Of a stretch of DNA of 55,553 bases, positions 52,057-55,553 are shown one piece after another. Source of the stretch: a virus (taxonomy: Duplodnaviria; Caudoviricetes). Position numbers and translations under genes: made by a program. The notes below the pieces were generated by a model that saw only the letters and a program-made list of their open reading frames with translations, made no database searches and was not told the DNA's origin. The first letter of the stretch is position 1; the number at the start of each line of letters is the position of its first letter. The stretch lies in IMG/VR virus record IMGVR_UViG_3300023265_000002, positions 1 to 55,553 of that record; one strand, written 5' to 3'.

Positions 52057-53856
52057 GTGACGTCCGCGCTGTTCTCGCGCCTCGCGGACCGGTTCGAACA
52101 ACGGGTGAACCCGAAGCCGAACGAGACCCTGCTCCGCTTCCCCACCCCCGGCGAGCTGGCGCGCTTCGTCCGCAACGACACGGTTCAGACCCCGATGCTG
52201 GACAAGTTCGACGAGGCCATCGTCCTCGCCGACAAGGGCGAGCAGCGACGTTGGATCATCAACTGCCCCCCGCAGGAGGGCAAGAGCACCCGCGCGCAGG
52301 CGGCCGCCCTGTGGCTACTGCTGCGCGACCCGACCAGGCGCATCGCGTTCGCCTCCTACGAGCAGTCCCTCGCCCGCGTGTCCGGCCTCGCCGTGCGCCA
52401 GTACCTCGAGACGCACGGCTCCGGCTACCTCGGCGCTCGCCGCGACGCGGACCGGAAGGACGTCCTCGGCCTCGCGCTGGACCCGGTCCGCGGCGAGGCG
52501 ACGAAGTGGGCGCTCGCGAAGACCCCTACCCTCCCGCTGCCCGGAGGCGTGATCAGCGTCGGTGTGGGCTCCGGCTTCACCGGCCGTCCGGCGGACGTCC
52601 TGTTCATCGACGACCCGATCAAGGACGCGCAGGCCGCGGACTCGCCGAAGATCCGGCAGAACGTGATCGACTGGTACCTCGCCGTCGCGTCGACCCGCCT
52701 GTCCTCCGACGCGATCGTGATCGTGGTCCAGACCAGGTGGCACGAGCAGGATCTCGCGGGGTGGCTCGAGGCCGAGGACGACCCGGACGAGCCCGCCTGG
52801 CGGAAGGTGGCCGTCGCCGCGCAGGCGATGAAGCCCGACCCGGAGGCGCAGCCCCCGATCGGCGAGGACCCCCTCGGCCGCAAGCCCGGCGAGTTCATGA
52901 TCTCGGCTCGAGGCCGGACCGCCGAGGACTGGGAGAAGATCAAGAAAGCCCAGGGTCGCGGCACCTCGCGCTGGTGGTTCGCGATGTACCAGCAGCGCCC
53001 CGCCCCGCCCGCGGGCGGCGTGTTCCAGCGCGAGTGGTTCCGGCGCGACCGGCTCACCGAGCGGCCGCCGATGAAGCGCACCCTCGTGATGGTGGACCCT
53101 GCGGACAACGAGGGCGACGGCGACGAGGCGGGCATCATCGTCGGCGGCGTGTCGACCGACGGCCGGTATGCCGTGCTCGCCGACTGGTCCGGGCACTACA
53201 CGATCGACCAGTGGTTCCGGCGCGCCTACCTCGCGTGCTTCGAGTTCGACGCCTCCGCCGTGTGCTGGGAGGCCAGCCTCTCCGGCCTTCGTCGCTCGGC
53301 GGCCTCGACGTGGAAGCGCGTCCGCGAGGAGGCGCGCGTCCTGGTCGCCGCGTGGAAGCACGTGCACGGGGAAGACGCCGTGTTCCCGGAGCGCGACCAG
53401 CACCCGCGTGCCGCCGTGCTGGTGGTCGCCTGCGAGATGCTCGCCCGCGAGGAGGACGACAAGCAGGACGCGATGGCGCAGCGGCAGAAACTGGTCCAGC
53501 TCTGGCCGTACGTGCGCGCCATCCGCTCCGCCCCGCGCACCGGGCCCCCGCTCAAGTCGGTCACGGCGAAGGGCAGCAAGACGCAGCGCGCCGAGTTCAT
53601 CGCCCCGCTGTACGACAACCGCGAGGTGTCCCACGTCGGGCACCTCGCCCAGCTCGAACACGAGATGTCCACATGGCAGGTCACCCAGAAGTCGCCCAAC
53701 CGGATGGACGCGAACGTCCACCTGCTCACGGAGCTGTCGCGCTCCGACGGCGGCTCGCTGCAGCGGGCGTCCGGCCCGGACCTGCAGCGTCACGGGGGCG
53801 TGCGCCAGGCGCAGCAGGTGCCCACGACCAGCGTCGGTAGCAGGGGGTGGCGATGA
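52057..53856 (+). CDS. terminase large subunit
   Basis: PPQEGKS Walker A; LFIDDP.K Walker B; TRWH..DL and YQQ.P motifs; VDPA and SPNRMDA nuclease motifs. Confidence 0.95.
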   Translation: MTSALFSRLADRFEQRVNPKPNETLLRFPTPGELARFVRNDTVQTPMLDKFDEAIVLADKGEQRRWIINCPPQEGKSTRAQAAALWLLLRDPTRRIAFASYEQSLARVSGLAVRQYLETHGSGYLGARRDADRKDVLGLALDPVRGEATKWALAKTPTLPLPGGVISVGVGSGFTGRPADVLFIDDPIKDAQAADSPKIRQNVIDWYLAVASTRLSSDAIVIVVQTRWHEQDLAGWLEAEDDPDEPAWRKVAVAAQAMKPDPEAQPPIGEDPLGRKPGEFMISARGRTAEDWEKIKKAQGRGTSRWWFAMYQQRPAPPAGGVFQREWFRRDRLTERPPMKRTLVMVDPADNEGDGDEAGIIVGGVSTDGRYAVLADWSGHYTIDQWFRRAYLACFEFDASAVCWEASLSGLRRSAASTWKRVREEARVLVAAWKHVHGEDAVFPERDQHPRAAVLVVACEMLAREEDDKQDAMAQRQKLVQLWPYVRAIRSAPRTGPPLKSVTAKGSKTQRAEFIAPLYDNREVSHVGHLAQLEHEMSTWQVTQKSPNRMDANVHLLTELSRSDGGSLQRASGPDLQRHGGVRQAQQVPTTSVGSRGWR

Positions 53857-54296
53857 CCCGCCGAGTTCCGCACCAGCCGTCCGCGATCATGCTGCAGGTC
53901 GAGACCCTGCCGTCCGGCGGCTACCGGTTCAGCAGCCCGCAGGCGCGCGGCTGGGCTGCTGTGGCGGCAAACCCTGGGGACGTCCTGCGCAGCCTGCACA
54001 CGGCCTTTCAGGAGGTGCAGATCGCGTCCTACGCGCGGGCCCGCGCGGAGGTCTACGACCTGGACGCGCTCACGGCGCACGTGCCCGGCGACCCTCTGGC
54101 GGCCGCGCCACAGCAGCGCATCCGCCGGCCGCGCAACCCGAACACCCGGCGCACCCACTCGCCCGCGGACTGGTCGAAGATGACCGACCAGTCCGGCACC
54201 CGCTGGCGCTCGCCGTCGGGGCGCATGTACCGCGAGGACACGGCGACAGTGCGCAACATGGTCGCCAAGAGGACGGCGCTCGGCCTCCCCATCTAG
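53853..54296 (+). CDS. hypothetical protein
   Basis: ATGA overlap; W.SP.GR motif. Confidence 0.75.
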   Translation: MTRRVPHQPSAIMLQVETLPSGGYRFSSPQARGWAAVAANPGDVLRSLHTAFQEVQIASYARARAEVYDLDALTAHVPGDPLAAAPQQRIRRPRNPNTRRTHSPADWSKMTDQSGTRWRSPSGRMYREDTATVRNMVAKRTALGLPI

Positions 54297-54323
54297 ACCC
54301 CCCACGGTGGGGGGTGCTAACGT
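54294..54323 (+). promoter_or_regulatory. Palindrome-spacer promoter/operator, leaderless, extended -10
   Basis: TAGACC-CCCCACGGTGGGGGG-TGC-TAACGT; ATG at 54330. Confidence 0.75.
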
Positions 54324-54329
54324 GGTGAC

Positions 54330-54656
54330 ATGAAAACTGCAGCAGTCGCCCTCCCGCGCAGGGGAGCCATCGCGGCACTCGAGGACTACGGGTTCGGGCA
54401 CAAGGTCCGGAGCGGCCGATCCACGTACACGCTGACGACCGGGTTATTCCGAATCCGGGCGTCCTGGTCGGCGGCATCCGGGGATAACGCCGTGCTCACC
54501 ATTGCCATGCGGGACGGCAAGGGCGCCTACGTGGACATCAGCCGATCCGAGCTTGCCGTCCCGTTCGACGACCCGCGCACCAGCGGCGAGGTCGCTCGCG
54601 CAGCGCTGGCTTTCGCTCGCAACGTCGAGGCCTACTGGGGTTACGGCGGCGACTAG
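54330..54656 (+). CDS. hypothetical protein (leaderless)
   Basis: ATG 6 nt after the -10. Confidence 0.75.
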   Translation: MKTAAVALPRRGAIAALEDYGFGHKVRSGRSTYTLTTGLFRIRASWSAASGDNAVLTIAMRDGKGAYVDISRSELAVPFDDPRTSGEVARAALAFARNVEAYWGYGGD

Positions 54657-54663
54657 TTCCGAC

Positions 54664-54693
54664 TTGACACCCCCCAATGATGGGGGGTACGGT
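54664..54693 (+). promoter_or_regulatory. Palindrome-spacer promoter/operator
   Basis: TTGACA-CCCCCCAATGATGGGGGG-TACGGT. Confidence 0.8.
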
Positions 54694-54730
54694 TGCGGAG
54701 CACGGCAAGCAACCGAGAGGAACACCCCGA

Positions 54731-55006
54731 ATGATCACCCGCAAGAGGATCGCCCTCGCGCTGGCACTCGCCGCACCGCTGCTCATGGCGGCGAAGTGCG
54801 GCGAGGCCGCCAACGACGACGGCCCGGAGAAGCTGACCGGGTCCATCGGCCTCAAGTTCGGTCCCGACGTCCCCGCCACCCTCGACGGCCGGAAGTGCAC
54901 CTACGGTGGCTTCTGGGTGACCAGCACTGAGGGCAAGTGGTACGTCTGCGCACCCAGCCAGAAGGTCTGGGACGCAGCCAAAGAGGGCGACACCTTCACC
55001 CGCTGA
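54731..55006 (+). CDS. putative lipoprotein
   Basis: RBS GAGAGGA; basic N-terminus, hydrophobic core, LMAAKC lipobox-like motif. Confidence 0.7.
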   Translation: MITRKRIALALALAAPLLMAAKCGEAANDDGPEKLTGSIGLKFGPDVPATLDGRKCTYGGFWVTSTEGKWYVCAPSQKVWDAAKEGDTFTR

Positions 55007-55052
55007 CCCGATTCGCGATTCGCGAATCACCCGACGAACAGGAGGGAACCGA

Positions 55053-55151
55053 GTGCGCAAGCGCAGGCGCAAGCGGTCGAACATCCAGCTCGAGCCGCCG
55101 ACGTGCCCGTACTGCTGGCGCGTGGCCGGGCACATGGGGCCATGCAGGTGA
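55053..55151 (+). CDS. 32-aa basic Zn-finger-like microprotein (not in ORF track)
   Basis: RBS GGAGGG, GTG; MRKRRRKRSNIQLEPPTCPYCWRVAGHMGPCR. Confidence 0.55.
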   Translation: MRKRRRKRSNIQLEPPTCPYCWRVAGHMGPCR

Positions 55152-55324
55152 GCCGTCGGCGAGAGCGCGCAGTCAGCCTGCCGCCGAACTCGATCGGCCC
55201 CCGTGAGGCCCCGGAGTACCGGGGCGGTGCGTCCCGCGCCAGCCACGCCGAGCTGACCGAGCTGGCGGACGTGCGGGACAACGAGCGCCCGCCGGGCTGG
55301 GTGCCGCCGGAGATCCCGGAGTAG
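55148..55324 (+). CDS. hypothetical protein
   Basis: GTGA overlap. Confidence 0.55.
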   Translation: MSRRRERAVSLPPNSIGPREAPEYRGGASRASHAELTELADVRDNERPPGWVPPEIPE

Positions 55325-55332
55325 ACCCCGAC

Positions 55333-55361
55333 TTGCACCCCCCCACGGGGGCGGGTATGGT
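55333..55361 (+). promoter_or_regulatory. variant palindrome-spacer promoter driving the large ncRNA
   Basis: TTGCAC-CCCCCCACGGGGGCGGG-TATGGT. Confidence 0.7.
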
Positions 55362-55366
55362 CGGCG

Positions 55367-55553
55367 ATGTTGCAGCGCGGCACGGGGCATGGGGTCGGAG
55401 GAGAACTCCGGACGAAGGGCGCTCGTCCCGGTCATGGAACACCCCGCGCCAGCGCGCAGGAGTGCGGTCGTTCAAGCAGGACGCCTCCGGGTTGAACTCG
55501 GGTAACCGAGTTCACGAGGTGGGGAAATCCGGGTATCGAATCCCGGTCGCACA
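55367..55553 (+). ncRNA. 5' part of the large structured ncRNA (continues through the overlap to about 656)
   Basis: TGCAGCG (55371-55377) complements CGCTGCA (602-608); hairpins CGGAG/CTCCG and GACGA/TCGTC. Confidence 0.65.
55427..55553. repeat. 127-bp direct terminal repeat (copy 2)
   Basis: Identical to 1-127. Confidence 0.95.

Noticed and set aside
55367-55495. 42-codon leaderless ORF (MLQRGTGHG...) at the start of the ncRNA
   Set aside because: Poor codon usage for this genome, shorter -10 spacing than the true leaderless genes, and overlap with strongly paired helices; cannot be fully excluded
55427-55553. 127-bp terminal repeat as a biological DTR or att site
   Set aside because: The length equals a common assembler k-mer and it cuts through a transcription unit; best read as circularisation overlap

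Overview
The window is a complete, circularly assembled genome (about 55,426 bp plus a 127-bp terminal assembly overlap) of a very GC-rich tailed phage, probably a siphovirus of an Actinomycetota host. Its structural genes resemble those of cluster-B-like actinobacteriophages: a portal-MuF fusion, a multidomain maturation protease, separate hexamer and pentamer capsid proteins, major tail, tail chaperones, tape measure, Dit and minor tail proteins. It also carries holin-like and collagen-like membrane proteins, SSB and ERF recombination genes, an HNH protein, a DinD/Bro-N antirepressor, an HTH replication initiator with a DnaC-like ATPase, a GH25 endolysin, RusA, and small and large terminases. 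I see no integrase, ParAB or DNA polymerase. Main unexplained features: (1) an approximately 720-nt non-coding unit spanning the assembly junction, with its own promoter and terminator, that folds extensively and contains two tRNA-like domains lacking anticodon loops, plus a third stand-alone CCA-ended tRNA mimic at 38449-38560. (2) About 20 copies of a sigma70-type promoter whose -35/-10 spacer is a GC palindrome (CCCCCCA-N3-TGGGGGG). Many drive leaderless genes starting ATGACG(AAC), forming repeated promoter-gene-terminator cassettes; a tandem ribbon-helix-helix protein is the candidate regulator. (3) A 2H phosphoesterase inserted in the capsid maturation protease. All family assignments come from motif recognition by eye, not database searches.
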